From NCBI GenBank assembly GCA_964620475.1, contig CAZUJN010000001.1, positions 83,497-147,496 of the forward strand: a DNA stretch of 64,000 nucleotides, given 5' to 3'. The translations under genes and the position numbers were made by a program. The stretch comes from an uncultured Candidatus Saccharibacteria bacterium (GTDB lineage Bacteria; Patescibacteriota; Minisyncoccia; Phycocordibacterales; CAIZLB01). Within the stretch, counting starts at the first letter, position 1. Every line of letters begins with the position of its first letter. This document shows, piece after piece, positions 48,272 to 58,175 of this stretch. Below the pieces are notes generated by a model. That model was given only the letters and a program-made list of their open reading frames with translations. It was not told the origin of the DNA and made no database searches.

Positions 48272-48446
48272 CTAGCGGGCCATGTGAGTTAAGTACCCAC
48301 TGGTACAAGCAGTATAAGGCTTTTTGAGGGGTTTTAGAAGCACCTCCCTGAGGTAAGTGAGTTGGGTATCTAAATGCCAACAAATGCCAATTTTAGAGAG
48401 AATCGGGGTTATTAGAAAAAAGGATAAAAAATGGTAAAATGAGGCC

Positions 48447-49628
48447 ATGATTGAGGATTTAAACAAACACCTAACAGATCAAGAATTCTTCACCTATGCG
48501 AAGTTTTTTGACATGGTTATAAACAAAAAGAACCTCGCTGATGAAGACCAAAGAGAAATTGGTGTATATCAGTTTTCTATTGGCGAAGATGAGTCATATA
48601 GACGATTTCGTAGACTTTTCAATTTCATCAAATACCAAGACTTGCCAGTCAAAATCTCTGAATCAAGATACAACAAACTGGAAGAAATGATTGGTTCGTA
48701 CGCAAAAGGAAAAGACGCGAAAGGTGCAGGAATGCCGACAAAAGAAGATCTAGATACTATTTGCGAAAAGATAAATAACGGTAAGCCTATAAAATTTTCA
48801 GAGACAGGAATGCTGTCATGGGCATGGTTTGAGGTGTATGACTCCACTCATTTTTTGCCACATCAATACGAGATTTCTAATGAAGTAAAATCGAATGTTA
48901 AAAAAGAATTTGATACATATCTAGAGAATCTCATAAACGGCAAGCTCTCTATCGCTAAGGATAACTACTACAAGTTCAACATCCTAAAAGAAGCGTTCAT
49001 CCAAATGATTGAGCGAAAGGGTGTTTTGAAATTATTTGGCAAAAACTTTGTCATCAAAGAAGAATTAAACAATGAAGGAAACCTAAAGAGTGACCCTAAC
49101 TTTTGCATTGTGCAAACGGTATATGCCTTACAACACCTAGGATACCTGACGGTGAACAATATCTGGAGAGATGACGAGTACAAAGAACAATACAGTAGTT
49201 CGAGCAATATCCGATATTTCATATCAATCAATGTGACAATTGAGGATAGTTTCATTTCTGAAATAAACGACAGATACAAGAAAGCGAATCCAAAAAACGT
49301 GATCGAAGGATTCGACAAACCGAAAGGAATCTTAAAATTCGCAGGTGAGGAAATAATCCTTTCACTCAAAGGTAAAGAAACGGATGCATCCCTCCTTATG
49401 AATACCTTGTACAAAAAAGAAGATACGGAATGGATCTATAACGACGAGATTTTTGAGGATTGGAAGTTTAACCAAGCTGACATCCTGAAAAGTCCTAAAA
49501 ACAAGATATATTTCGCTGCCAAAAAGATAAATGAAAAGGTAGCGATGAAGACCAAAATCGAGGATTTTATTGAATTTACCACTGAAAAAGCAAGGATAAA
49601 TCCTCGCTACAACAAAGTTGACGAATAA
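48447..49628 (+). CDS. hypothetical protein (island cargo)
   Basis: 393 aa, GC about 40%, no motif recognised. Confidence 0.4.
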   Translation: MIEDLNKHLTDQEFFTYAKFFDMVINKKNLADEDQREIGVYQFSIGEDESYRRFRRLFNFIKYQDLPVKISESRYNKLEEMIGSYAKGKDAKGAGMPTKEDLDTICEKINNGKPIKFSETGMLSWAWFEVYDSTHFLPHQYEISNEVKSNVKKEFDTYLENLINGKLSIAKDNYYKFNILKEAFIQMIERKGVLKLFGKNFVIKEELNNEGNLKSDPNFCIVQTVYALQHLGYLTVNNIWRDDEYKEQYSSSSNIRYFISINVTIEDSFISEINDRYKKANPKNVIEGFDKPKGILKFAGEEIILSLKGKETDASLLMNTLYKKEDTEWIYNDEIFEDWKFNQADILKSPKNKIYFAAKKINEKVAMKTKIEDFIEFTTEKARINPRYNKVDE

Positions 49629-49719
49629 TATATAAATCGCAATAAATTTTTATAAATAGCCATCATATATCCTGAAGTCATCCTTCGGGATTTATTAATT
49701 AGCTAAATATAAAAGTTAT

Positions 49720-51015
49720 ATGCAAAAGCAAAAACTCATATGGTCAGTTACAACCCGCAAAGTGAGTGATCTGACAAAAAACGGATACAATCCGAGAAAG
49801 ATAAGCGAGAGCGAAAAGAGAGACTTGGAAAAGTCTATTAAGGAATTCGGGACGGTCGTTCCTGTAATCCTTAATATTGGTTTGAGAGCCAATGTCATTA
49901 TCGGCGGTGAGCAAAGAGTAAAGATATATGCTGATCTCGGTATGGAAGAGATCGAGTGTATGGTACCCTCTCGGGAACTGACACCTAAAGAAGAAAAAGA
50001 GCTTAACCTCCGTTTGAACAAAAACACAGGGTCATGGGATGAAAACCTTCTCAAGGAATTCGATATGGACATGCTCCTTGGTGTAGGTTTTGGCGATGAA
50101 GAATTGCAAAGCCTGTTTGATGATGTAGATATGGTCGAGGATGACTTTGATATTGAAAAAGCTGTCAAAGAAACCATAACTGCTAAAGTGAAGACTGGAG
50201 AAATCTGGGAACTCGGAAAGCATAGGTTGCTTGTTGGGGATTCTACTGATGTCACATCCGTACAAAAACTTATGGATGGAAAACTTGCAGACATCGTGTA
50301 CTGCGATCCGCCATACAACATTGGACTCGACTATTCAAAAGGTGTCGGCAACAAAGAAAAATATCAAGGGTCATATTCCGCAAAGGATGATTCGAAAAAG
50401 GATACTGACTATCTCGATTTCATAGATAAAAGTATTGATGTGGCAAAGACCGTAGCCAAGAAGGATTCCCACTTCTTCTACTGGTGCGACTCTTCGTATA
50501 TTTGGATCACACAGAATCTATACCAAAAGCACGGTATAGATAGTAAACGTGTCTGCATGTGGATCAAGAATAATCAGAATCCCACTCACAAGATTGCGTT
50601 CAATAAAGTATATGAACCATGCGTATACGGAACTATCGGCAAGCCATATCTCAATTCAGCAATGAACAATGTTAATGAGATTCTCAATCAGGAAGTGACC
50701 ACCGGCAATCAGGTACATGATGAGATTCTAGACATGATAGATATTTGGATTGAGAAAAGAGACAACGCTCAAACATATCAACATCCAACTCAAAAGCCTG
50801 TAACGCTCAATGAAAAACCACTCAAAAGATGCAGTGCTCCGCTTCATATTGTGTATAGCGGATTTGCGGGTAGCGGTAGTGATTTGATTGCTTGCGAAGA
50901 ATTAAATCGTGTTTGGTATGGAGTCGAAAAGGATTTGATTTTCGCAACCATCGTTATAGACCGATGGGAAAAGTTTACTGGCCTTAAAGCAAAGAAAATA
51001 TATGAAAATAACTAA
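49720..51015 (+). CDS. ParB/Srx-like nuclease domain fused to an N6-adenine/N4-cytosine DNA methyltransferase (DPPY class)
   Basis: 431 aa. N-terminal NPRKISE...IIGGEQRV (ParB-like). Methyltransferase motif IV VYCDPPYNIG and motif I GFAGSGSDLIACEELNR. Confidence 0.85.
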   Translation: MQKQKLIWSVTTRKVSDLTKNGYNPRKISESEKRDLEKSIKEFGTVVPVILNIGLRANVIIGGEQRVKIYADLGMEEIECMVPSRELTPKEEKELNLRLNKNTGSWDENLLKEFDMDMLLGVGFGDEELQSLFDDVDMVEDDFDIEKAVKETITAKVKTGEIWELGKHRLLVGDSTDVTSVQKLMDGKLADIVYCDPPYNIGLDYSKGVGNKEKYQGSYSAKDDSKKDTDYLDFIDKSIDVAKTVAKKDSHFFYWCDSSYIWITQNLYQKHGIDSKRVCMWIKNNQNPTHKIAFNKVYEPCVYGTIGKPYLNSAMNNVNEILNQEVTTGNQVHDEILDMIDIWIEKRDNAQTYQHPTQKPVTLNEKPLKRCSAPLHIVYSGFAGSGSDLIACEELNRVWYGVEKDLIFATIVIDRWEKFTGLKAKKIYENN

Positions 51016-51751
51016 AGGAGATATTTTCAAGATCGGCAATCATATTATCGGTTGTGGTGATTCTACCGACAGAGAATTTGTAGCTAAAGTAATCGGGAAG
51101 AACAAGATACGAGCCATCATTTCTGACCCACCTTATGGAGTTGCATATGTTGAAAACAAGAAAGGCTTTGCGAAACTTGGTGTTAAGGACGAGAAAATAA
51201 TTGTCGGCGATCATTTGCAGAGCGAATCTGAATATGAAGATTTCACCAGAAAGTATCTTGGTGCCGTTATTCCATATCTCGATGACTACAATGCATGCTA
51301 CATATTTAACGCCGATCCGATGTTTCCATCTCTCCGTAAAGGCATGAAAGATGCGGGTTTCTATTACAGCCAGATGATTATTTGGATTAAGAATCAACCT
51401 GTCATGAGTAGAAAAGACTACCTTTCGCAATATGAACTAATTGCATATGGATGGTTTGGCAAGCACAAAATGGAAAGATCTAAATCAAAGAATGTTATTT
51501 ATCACCCACGACCAAACAGATCAAGACTTCACCCTACACAAAAGCCGATAGGGCTACTTAGAAAGATAATTCCAGACGCAACATGCGTCGGTGACTTTAT
51601 CTATGATCCGTTTCTCGGAAGTGGATCAACTGCTATTGCATCGGAACATTTAGGTCGAAAATGTATCGGTATAGAAATAGATGAAGTGTATGTTTCCGTC
51701 GTTCTACAAAGACTTGAAAAGCTAACTGGTCAAAAACCAATAAAGATATAA
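51002..51751 (+). CDS. N6-adenine/N4-cytosine DNA methyltransferase (DPPY class)
   Basis: 249 aa. ISDPPYGVAY and DPFLGSGSTAIASEHLGRKCIGIEID. Confidence 0.85.
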   Translation: MKITKGDIFKIGNHIIGCGDSTDREFVAKVIGKNKIRAIISDPPYGVAYVENKKGFAKLGVKDEKIIVGDHLQSESEYEDFTRKYLGAVIPYLDDYNACYIFNADPMFPSLRKGMKDAGFYYSQMIIWIKNQPVMSRKDYLSQYELIAYGWFGKHKMERSKSKNVIYHPRPNRSRLHPTQKPIGLLRKIIPDATCVGDFIYDPFLGSGSTAIASEHLGRKCIGIEIDEVYVSVVLQRLEKLTGQKPIKI

Positions 51752-51755
51752 CAGT

Positions 51756-52130
51756 ATGAACGAGGAAGACTTCATAAAAGATCCATACAAAAAGCAAACA
51801 TACGATACGTATGCTCTTTGGAAGTCTCTGCCCTCATTTCTCAAGGGACAGCCGAGAGTTGCTCTCGAAAAGTTTGGTATTAATGAAGAAATTGTATTTG
51901 AGTTGCTATCCATAAAAAATCAAACTGAGTTCTCAAAAATATACAAAACAGATGTCGGCACATTGACCGACTGGAACAAGAGACTTGAGAAAGATGGATT
52001 GACTAAAGACATCAACAGCTGGGCAAGAAAGCTTACTCCTAACGTCATATTTGCCCTGTATAAAAATATCACAAAGCATGGTCGAGCTCATGAGGTGAGA
52101 GCATGGTATGAATTAATTGAAAACAACTAA
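51756..52130 (+). CDS. hypothetical small protein with a possible HTH
   Basis: 124 aa. TEFSKIYKTDVGTLTDWNKRL is HTH-like. Translationally coupled to the methyltransferase genes. Confidence 0.35.
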   Translation: MNEEDFIKDPYKKQTYDTYALWKSLPSFLKGQPRVALEKFGINEEIVFELLSIKNQTEFSKIYKTDVGTLTDWNKRLEKDGLTKDINSWARKLTPNVIFALYKNITKHGRAHEVRAWYELIENN

Positions 52131-52326
52131 TATGAAAAACATTGATCTAAAAGAAATAAATATCATTCTCTCTGACACATTGCAAAAAGTTGTGAATAGA
52201 GAGATCTCACATAAACAAGCGAACATGGTCGCTAAGCTTGCCTCTACACTTTCTAAAAACATTGTGAATACCGAACTCAAAGAGCGAGTTGAATTTTTGG
52301 AGCAAGCACTTAAAGGAAAGAAATAA
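52117..52326 (+). CDS. hypothetical small helical protein
   Basis: 69 aa. Overlaps its neighbours by 14 nt upstream and lies 3 nt from the next gene. Confidence 0.3.
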   Translation: MKTTNMKNIDLKEINIILSDTLQKVVNREISHKQANMVAKLASTLSKNIVNTELKERVEFLEQALKGKK

Positions 52327-52328
52327 TT

Positions 52329-53813
52329 ATGAAAAATCTAGCAAACCTATTAAGAAAAGCAGACATCACTCCAAGAGAAAGAATGATAACCTTGGTGCAA
52401 AATAGTGTTTATAAAGAAAAGGACGGCAAGAGTATTCTTTCCGAATCGGAGATATATTCTTTGACGGAGGGGTGGAAGCCGAAAACTTCTCAGGAAGTAA
52501 GGGAGTATAACAAGTACTTGGAACTGTCTAAACTAGAAGCTTCGATGAGATTAGATGCTCAAATGTTTGCGTGTAGATCCGAGAATCTGCTACTACGAAG
52601 TCATATACTGATTGAGGGAATAAAAAGTGATATAGGAAAAACTCATGATGCAATTTTAGATAAATATGTATCAAAAGAAGATGCCCTGAACTTTGTCATA
52701 CAAAATACTTATCTCGACTATTCAACGCTTGTTCACATACTCACTTTCAACAACCTACCGAAAGATATTCAGGATGATTTGATTATGTTAGATGAGTATG
52801 TAGCACATGATAAAAAGTATTTGGAAGATGAGGTCTTTCTTTATGAATTGTTCAAAGATTCAAGTACTCTAAATACAAAAGATAAAAATATCTTGATAGA
52901 CCGTATCTATTCGTGTATGTATCACGATGGTTTTAGAAAGATTAAAAATGGAACAGAAAAAGATGGTTTCTTGCCACTCCATTTCTTTGCTGAGTTACCA
53001 ATGGATGCTGTGCTGAAAAAATGGGCAGAATACAGCCAGACAGATATCGAGGGGAAAGATAATGGTTATATACTAGATAAATTTGAGGAGTACGCAAAAA
53101 GTAGAGGTAAAACCATGGAGATATTTGTAAAGGAAACACTATCGAAGTGGATAGATGAAGGTTTGTTTGTGTCGGAATATACCCCAGTATTTTTTAGTAA
53201 TAAACACAATACATGGAATGGTGATACTAAATTTATACACAAAGAGATTTTTACCAAATGGCACGAAGAATTACAGAAGACCAAAACATCGATAGACAAA
53301 ATGGGTGCTAATGGAGATTTGGTTGTGGAGCAATTTGATAAGGAAATTTTTGGAACCACAGAGAAGGTTCAGATAGTTACTGGGGAAAGTTTGTATAGAT
53401 GCAAATCTGATATTGACTTTGTGAATGAATACAAGGAGCAGGTGACTGTACTCCTACCTATCGCAGGGACGTGTTTGTTTATGAAGAAATATAATAAGCC
53501 GTTAGATAATCTTGAAACACTAAAATGTTTTTACGAATTATCTAAAACATTTTCGGATGTATTTGAAATTGATATGTCAGATAAATATGATGATTTTGTG
53601 AGTTCGTTTGAACAGGAGATCAAACTCATCAATCATTCAATATCCATTGCATTAGATAATGTGAGTGGTTTTATATATACAAAAATGAACAAAAAATACC
53701 CAATAGAGATCATCGAGAATAATTTTACTTTTGATATTGATACAGAATCAGAAAATAAAGCCGATGGTATTATTGAAAGTTATAAAGGAGCATTTCAGAA
53801 AATTGGGTTTTAA
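52329..53813 (+). CDS. hypothetical protein (494 aa), island cargo
   Basis: No Walker, nuclease or HTH motif recognised. Last gene of the plus-strand methyltransferase operon. Confidence 0.4.
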   Translation: MKNLANLLRKADITPRERMITLVQNSVYKEKDGKSILSESEIYSLTEGWKPKTSQEVREYNKYLELSKLEASMRLDAQMFACRSENLLLRSHILIEGIKSDIGKTHDAILDKYVSKEDALNFVIQNTYLDYSTLVHILTFNNLPKDIQDDLIMLDEYVAHDKKYLEDEVFLYELFKDSSTLNTKDKNILIDRIYSCMYHDGFRKIKNGTEKDGFLPLHFFAELPMDAVLKKWAEYSQTDIEGKDNGYILDKFEEYAKSRGKTMEIFVKETLSKWIDEGLFVSEYTPVFFSNKHNTWNGDTKFIHKEIFTKWHEELQKTKTSIDKMGANGDLVVEQFDKEIFGTTEKVQIVTGESLYRCKSDIDFVNEYKEQVTVLLPIAGTCLFMKKYNKPLDNLETLKCFYELSKTFSDVFEIDMSDKYDDFVSSFEQEIKLINHSISIALDNVSGFIYTKMNKKYPIEIIENNFTFDIDTESENKADGIIESYKGAFQKIGF

Positions 53814-53815
53814 GA

Positions 53816-54568
53816 TTATTTACCCTTCCAGTGCACCGCTCGATTTTCGATAAACATCATTATTTTGTTGAGAGCAAAACCAATCACACCAGTCATGAGG
53901 ATGGCGGCATACATATCTGCTGTTTGATAGACTAATTGTGCATCAATAATGCGTTTTCCAAGCCCAGCATTGGTCCCAATAAACATTTCAGTCACGATGA
54001 CAATTATAAGTGAGAGTGAAATTGCCACACGAAAACCTGAAAAGATTTGTGGTAATGCTTCTGGAAAAATCACTTTGCGAAAAAGTTCGAATCCTTTTAC
54101 TTTCATTGTTTTAGCGACACGCACTCGTAATTCCTTGCCGAGATGTACCCCATACATGGAGTTTATGAGAATGACCAATCCTGCACCCCAAGCAGTGACA
54201 GCAAATTTAGCCTCATCGCCGATTCCAAAGACAAGGAGAAACAGTGGGAAAAGCGCAGTCGTTGGAATACCTCGAAAAAACTCGACAGTAAATTCAAGAG
54301 CGTTATAGACTTTGCTTGAGTAACCCATCAGAAGACCAAGTGGGACTCCGATAATAGTTGCAAAAATAAAACCAACAAGAACACGATACAGGGTGTGTCC
54401 GATGTCGCTTAACATTGATCCATTCAGTAGTGAATCAATGAGGTGATTGGAAACATCATATGGAGATGCCAAGAATAAAGGACTGACAAGTTTGAAATAT
54501 GAAATGATCCACCAGAGGCAGAGTAAAATTGTCGGTATGAGTATGTAATATAATTTCTTATTTTTCAT
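53816..54568 (-). CDS. ABC transporter permease (NitT/TauT, SsuC/TauC/ThiX-like)
   Basis: Likely start MKNKKLYYILIP. Six TM helices and an EAA-like loop. Confidence 0.75.
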   Translation of the reverse strand: MKNKKLYYILIPTILLCLWWIISYFKLVSPLFLASPYDVSNHLIDSLLNGSMLSDIGHTLYRVLVGFIFATIIGVPLGLLMGYSSKVYNALEFTVEFFRGIPTTALFPLFLLVFGIGDEAKFAVTAWGAGLVILINSMYGVHLGKELRVRVAKTMKVKGFELFRKVIFPEALPQIFSGFRVAISLSLIIVIVTEMFIGTNAGLGKRIIDAQLVYQTADMYAAILMTGVIGFALNKIMMFIENRAVHWKGK

Positions 54569-55310
54569 ATTCGAAGGTATTAAGAATTGCGTTTCGAAGT
54601 TCAGTAAATTCAGGACTTGAAAGCATATCAAGTGTTCGAGGACGAGGGAGTTTTACTTCAAAAATCTTTTTAATTTTTGCTGGTCGTGGAGACAGAACAA
54701 TCACTCTATCAGCGAGAAATATAGCTTCGTCAATATCATGACTTACAAACAAAGTTGTTATTTTTTTCTCTTGCCAGATATCAAGAAGCTCCAACTCCAT
54801 TTTTCTAGTAGTTGAATAATCAAGAGCAGAAAATGGCTCATCCATGATCAGAATGTCAGGATCATAAGCAATTGAACGACATATAGAAACAAGTTGACGT
54901 TGTCCCCCAGAGAGTTCATAGACAAATTTATCCTTTGAATTAAGCAAACCCACTTTATTTAAAAGATGCTCGGCAATTTTGTATTGTTTTTCTTTATCTA
55001 CTTTTGCTATTTCAAGCGGAAATATAATATTTTCTAAAACGGTTCTCCAAGGAAAAAGACTTTCGTTGTAATTCTGAAAAACAAAACCTACTTGTGCATC
55101 CTTTGGGTTTTTACCGCTAACCATGACTTCACCTGATTCAGGAGTTTCAATACCAGCGACGATATTAAGTAGCGTTGTTTTACCTGATCCATTCGGACCA
55201 AAAACAGTTACAAATTCTCCTTTATTAACTTCAAGATTAATACCATCAATAACCCTGGTGTCGCCAGAATCTTTTTTAAAGGTTTTAGTTATTCCAACAA
55301 GTGAAATCAT
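54558..55310 (-). CDS. ABC transporter ATP-binding protein
   Basis: 250 aa. Walker A GPNGSGKTTLL, signature LSGGQRQ, Walker B ILIMDEPFSALD. Confidence 0.85.
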   Translation of the reverse strand: MISLVGITKTFKKDSGDTRVIDGINLEVNKGEFVTVFGPNGSGKTTLLNIVAGIETPESGEVMVSGKNPKDAQVGFVFQNYNESLFPWRTVLENIIFPLEIAKVDKEKQYKIAEHLLNKVGLLNSKDKFVYELSGGQRQLVSICRSIAYDPDILIMDEPFSALDYSTTRKMELELLDIWQEKKITTLFVSHDIDEAIFLADRVIVLSPRPAKIKKIFEVKLPRPRTLDMLSSPEFTELRNAILNTFEYEK

Positions 55311-55316
55311 TACCGT

Positions 55317-56273
55317 TTATTTGTAATATGCGTTAGTTAAATCTGGTTTTGATTTGAACTCTCCAGAAGCCACTAAAATATCAAGCAACTTATTGGTTAA
55401 AGTTTTATCAATCTGTTGTGAATTTCTAAAATATGTCATTCCGAGAACGTCGACAACTTTCTGGTCTAGCTTAAAGATTGTTTTTGTCATACCCCTAACA
55501 TCTTTGTCGTTGGTACGTAGATAATCAAAGGCCTTATCAAAAGCATTAACTACTTTTTTTGCTTCACGTGGATACTTATTTACAAACTGAGTGCTTACAA
55601 GTGCTACCCCCAATGGGCTGTGATCTAACTGTTCAGAATAAACAGAACCATAGACCTTCCTTATTCCACCGCTTGTAAGTGCGATAGATATTGTTGGTTC
55701 ATATGTGAATAAAGCATCAATCGATCCTGCGGTAAGTGCTGTGAGATGTTGTGGTGGTGGTAATTGCACAAACTGAATAGTAGAAGAATCAATGCCTTTA
55801 TCTTTTAGAAAAAGTTTAAACATATTTGAAGCACTTGTACCTGGGAATACTCCGATTTTTTTACCTTTCAAATCCTCAAGGGTCCTAATAGGAGAGCTTT
55901 CCTTTACCAAAAGAGAATCAAATGGAACGTCACTTGTAATGTCAGTTAAAGCGATAATTTTCATTTTTCCAGGATCAACCATTTCTGCGTTTAAATATGG
56001 AAGTATAGAAATTTCGGGAGTAACATCTATATCACCTCGTGCAAGTGCATCAACAATTTGATTTGAGGTTTGAAGTAGTGTGGTTTGAACAGTAATGCCC
56101 TGATCCTCAAAAAACTTTTTTTGCTGAGCAATCTCTAAAGGAAGTTGGCTTGCTGTAATCGGTAAATACCCGATTTTTACAACATAATCAGACGGTTTAT
56201 TAGATCTTAAAAAAAATACGCTGAGTATAACTAAAATTATAAGTGTTCCGATGATTAAAAATGGTTTTTTCAT
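55317..56273 (-). CDS. ABC substrate-binding protein (NMT1/THI5-like, SsuA/ThiY-like)
   Basis: Likely start MKKPFLIIGTLIIL (signal anchor), then a periplasmic-binding-protein type 2 fold. Confidence 0.65.
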   Translation of the reverse strand: MKKPFLIIGTLIILVILSVFFLRSNKPSDYVVKIGYLPITASQLPLEIAQQKKFFEDQGITVQTTLLQTSNQIVDALARGDIDVTPEISILPYLNAEMVDPGKMKIIALTDITSDVPFDSLLVKESSPIRTLEDLKGKKIGVFPGTSASNMFKLFLKDKGIDSSTIQFVQLPPPQHLTALTAGSIDALFTYEPTISIALTSGGIRKVYGSVYSEQLDHSPLGVALVSTQFVNKYPREAKKVVNAFDKAFDYLRTNDKDVRGMTKTIFKLDQKVVDVLGMTYFRNSQQIDKTLTNKLLDILVASGEFKSKPDLTNAYYK

Positions 56274-56422
56274 AGTAATAAAAATTAAGTTATTAATAAA
56301 ATTTCCTGTTTTAAAAGATGGTCTCATTGTACCATAAAAAATGACTTTTCCATAATTAAAATACGCCCAAAATAAATTTAAGCGTCATAACCCCTATTCA
56401 AATTACTAACTATTAAAAATAG

Positions 56423-57121
56423 TTACAAAACATTGTTCTCCTTACCCAAAACCACCCGATTAAGATACATGAAAGGAATGTTTATTAGTCCGACTAACCA
56501 TTTGACAGCAGTTTGTCCAATTATAAGGGGCATTATTGGTAAGGCTCCCAAGAAAGCTATTGGAATAAATATTAGACTATCCAGAAGTAGTGCTGGTATC
56601 GAACTGAAGACATTTCTTGCCCATAAATGTTTGCCTTTAGTAAATTTTTTGAACCAAGCATACACATATGCATCAAAATTCTCAGTTATAAGGAAGGCAA
56701 TCCAGCTAGCAATGGTAATCCTTGGTACTAGATTGAAAATTTGTTCCCATGATCCCTGCATTGTCCAAAATGGTGCCGCAGGCAATTTTACACCAAGCCA
56801 AAAGAAAAACACCATTGCGATTTGAGATACAAAAGCAATGAGAATCATTTTTGATACTTCCTTTCTACCAAATTTTTCATTTACAATATCTGTAAAAAGA
56901 TACGTGATAGAGAAAACAAGTACTCCACTCGGACCAAAGAATGTGCTGAATCCCAGATCGAAAGCAGAGATCTTGGCGGCTAAGACTTGGGCTACAAGAA
57001 CAAACGTGACGTATAATCCAATAAGTAAATCCGATCGGTTATATTTTCGAGCATACAAACTCCCGAGAAGTGTAAAACTAGTGATACCTACAATCCAGAT
57101 AATTAATAAGTATAAGCTCAT
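56423..57121 (-). CDS. yhhQ: YhhQ/COG1738 (VUT family) transporter, a queuosine-precursor (preQ0/preQ1) transporter family
   Basis: 232 aa, about six TM helices. YLFTDIVNEKFGRKEVSKMI matches the conserved YhhQ TDxxNExYG motif. Confidence 0.65.
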   Translation of the reverse strand: MSLYLLIIWIVGITSFTLLGSLYARKYNRSDLLIGLYVTFVLVAQVLAAKISAFDLGFSTFFGPSGVLVFSITYLFTDIVNEKFGRKEVSKMILIAFVSQIAMVFFFWLGVKLPAAPFWTMQGSWEQIFNLVPRITIASWIAFLITENFDAYVYAWFKKFTKGKHLWARNVFSSIPALLLDSLIFIPIAFLGALPIMPLIIGQTAVKWLVGLINIPFMYLNRVVLGKENNVL

Positions 57122-57128
57122 ATATTAT

Positions 57129-57848
57129 TTATAATAACTTAATTCTATAATTTATCCAAATAAAACCCCGCTCGTTTCTCTCTTGTTTTGTTTCTATCTT
57201 GTATCCGTACTCGGTCATCATTTTTTCTAGAACTTCAAAATCATATCGGGGTTGAGAAGTTCCTGCACTCTGTAAATTTGCATGGGGTAAGGTAATAATA
57301 CCGTCATTATGTAAAAAATCTTTTGCATCATTAAGAAATCTTTTATGTACAGTGAAATTGTTATCATAGAGCGCCCGATCAATTAAGTCGTTTCCACCAT
57401 CAAAATTGACAAAGGGTAAATTTGCGATAATCAGATGGTATTTTTTATCAGATGGAAATTTTGAAAAAAGATCAGAATAGAAGGTTGATATTTTATTTTG
57501 TAAACCGTTTAATGAAACATTGTGTTCAGTGCATTTAATTGCTTCCATGTTAATGTCGGCAGAGTCAACGTGCTTTGCGCCTGCAAGAGAAGCAACTATT
57601 GACTGTACACCTGTACCACAACCTATATCTGCAACTTCTAAATCACTTAAATTTCCAAATGCTTCAAAAACAGATTTTGAACTGGGGGTATAATCGGGTG
57701 GAAAGACGCTGGGAAAAACATCGATAGGAACAATCTTGTCTCCAATATTCAAGCTTATTCTGTAAATTCCATCCTTACTTTTATTTTTCAAAAAAGAAAG
57801 AAATTCTTGAGTATGTTTTGGATTGATTTTTTCTATGTGTGTAATCAT
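57129..57848 (-). CDS. SAM-dependent methyltransferase, small-domain (RsmC/RlmG/PrmC-like) type
   Basis: 239 aa. VADIGCGTGVQSIVASLAG (motif I), HLIIANLPFV (NPPY-like motif IV), preceded by VFPPDYTPSS. Confidence 0.55.
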   Translation of the reverse strand: MITHIEKINPKHTQEFLSFLKNKSKDGIYRISLNIGDKIVPIDVFPSVFPPDYTPSSKSVFEAFGNLSDLEVADIGCGTGVQSIVASLAGAKHVDSADINMEAIKCTEHNVSLNGLQNKISTFYSDLFSKFPSDKKYHLIIANLPFVNFDGGNDLIDRALYDNNFTVHKRFLNDAKDFLHNDGIITLPHANLQSAGTSQPRYDFEVLEKMMTEYGYKIETKQERNERGFIWINYRIKLL

Positions 57849-57853
57849 ATTTT

Positions 57854-58174
57854 TTAATCCTCAATCCAAACCTGTGCTGGACGATGTGCATCAGAATGTT
57901 TTATGTCAATAAATATTTTTAGATATTTAGGTTTAATAGATTCTTTTACTTGCAGATAAATTTGATGGGCCAACTCTTCAGCAGTAATTTTATTTTTAGC
58001 AATTTCATTTACAGCTCGCTCAGCATCGACATATTCAAGAACTTTCTTCTTGGGATAGTACTCAACGATAACATCACCAGAAAACTCTTTATCCGTAACC
58101 GAACAAATTGCCTTAAACGGTAAAAATATCTTTGTGCCACTGATCTTGAAATTTAATGAGATTGTTTTAATCAT
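57854..58174 (-). CDS. T-fold protein, QueF-like
   Basis: 106 aa. LPFKAICSVTDKEFSGDVIVEYYPKKKVLE aligns with QueF [30 protein letters not shown] (Cys conserved). The QueF E(S/L)K(S/A)hK(L/Y)(F/Y/W) motif is not preserved. C-terminal LKIFIDIKHSDAHRPAQVWIE is a T-fold-type strand. Confidence 0.4.
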   Translation of the reverse strand: MIKTISLNFKISGTKIFLPFKAICSVTDKEFSGDVIVEYYPKKKVLEYVDAERAVNEIAKNKITAEELAHQIYLQVKESIKPKYLKIFIDIKHSDAHRPAQVWIED

Positions 58175-58175
58175 T

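Noticed and set aside
49716-50321. 201-aa minus-strand ORF antisense to the ParB-methyltransferase gene
   Set aside because: The plus-strand frame carries unambiguous ParB and DPPY/FxGxG methyltransferase motifs. The long antisense ORF is a by-product of the higher GC content (fewer stops) in island DNA.
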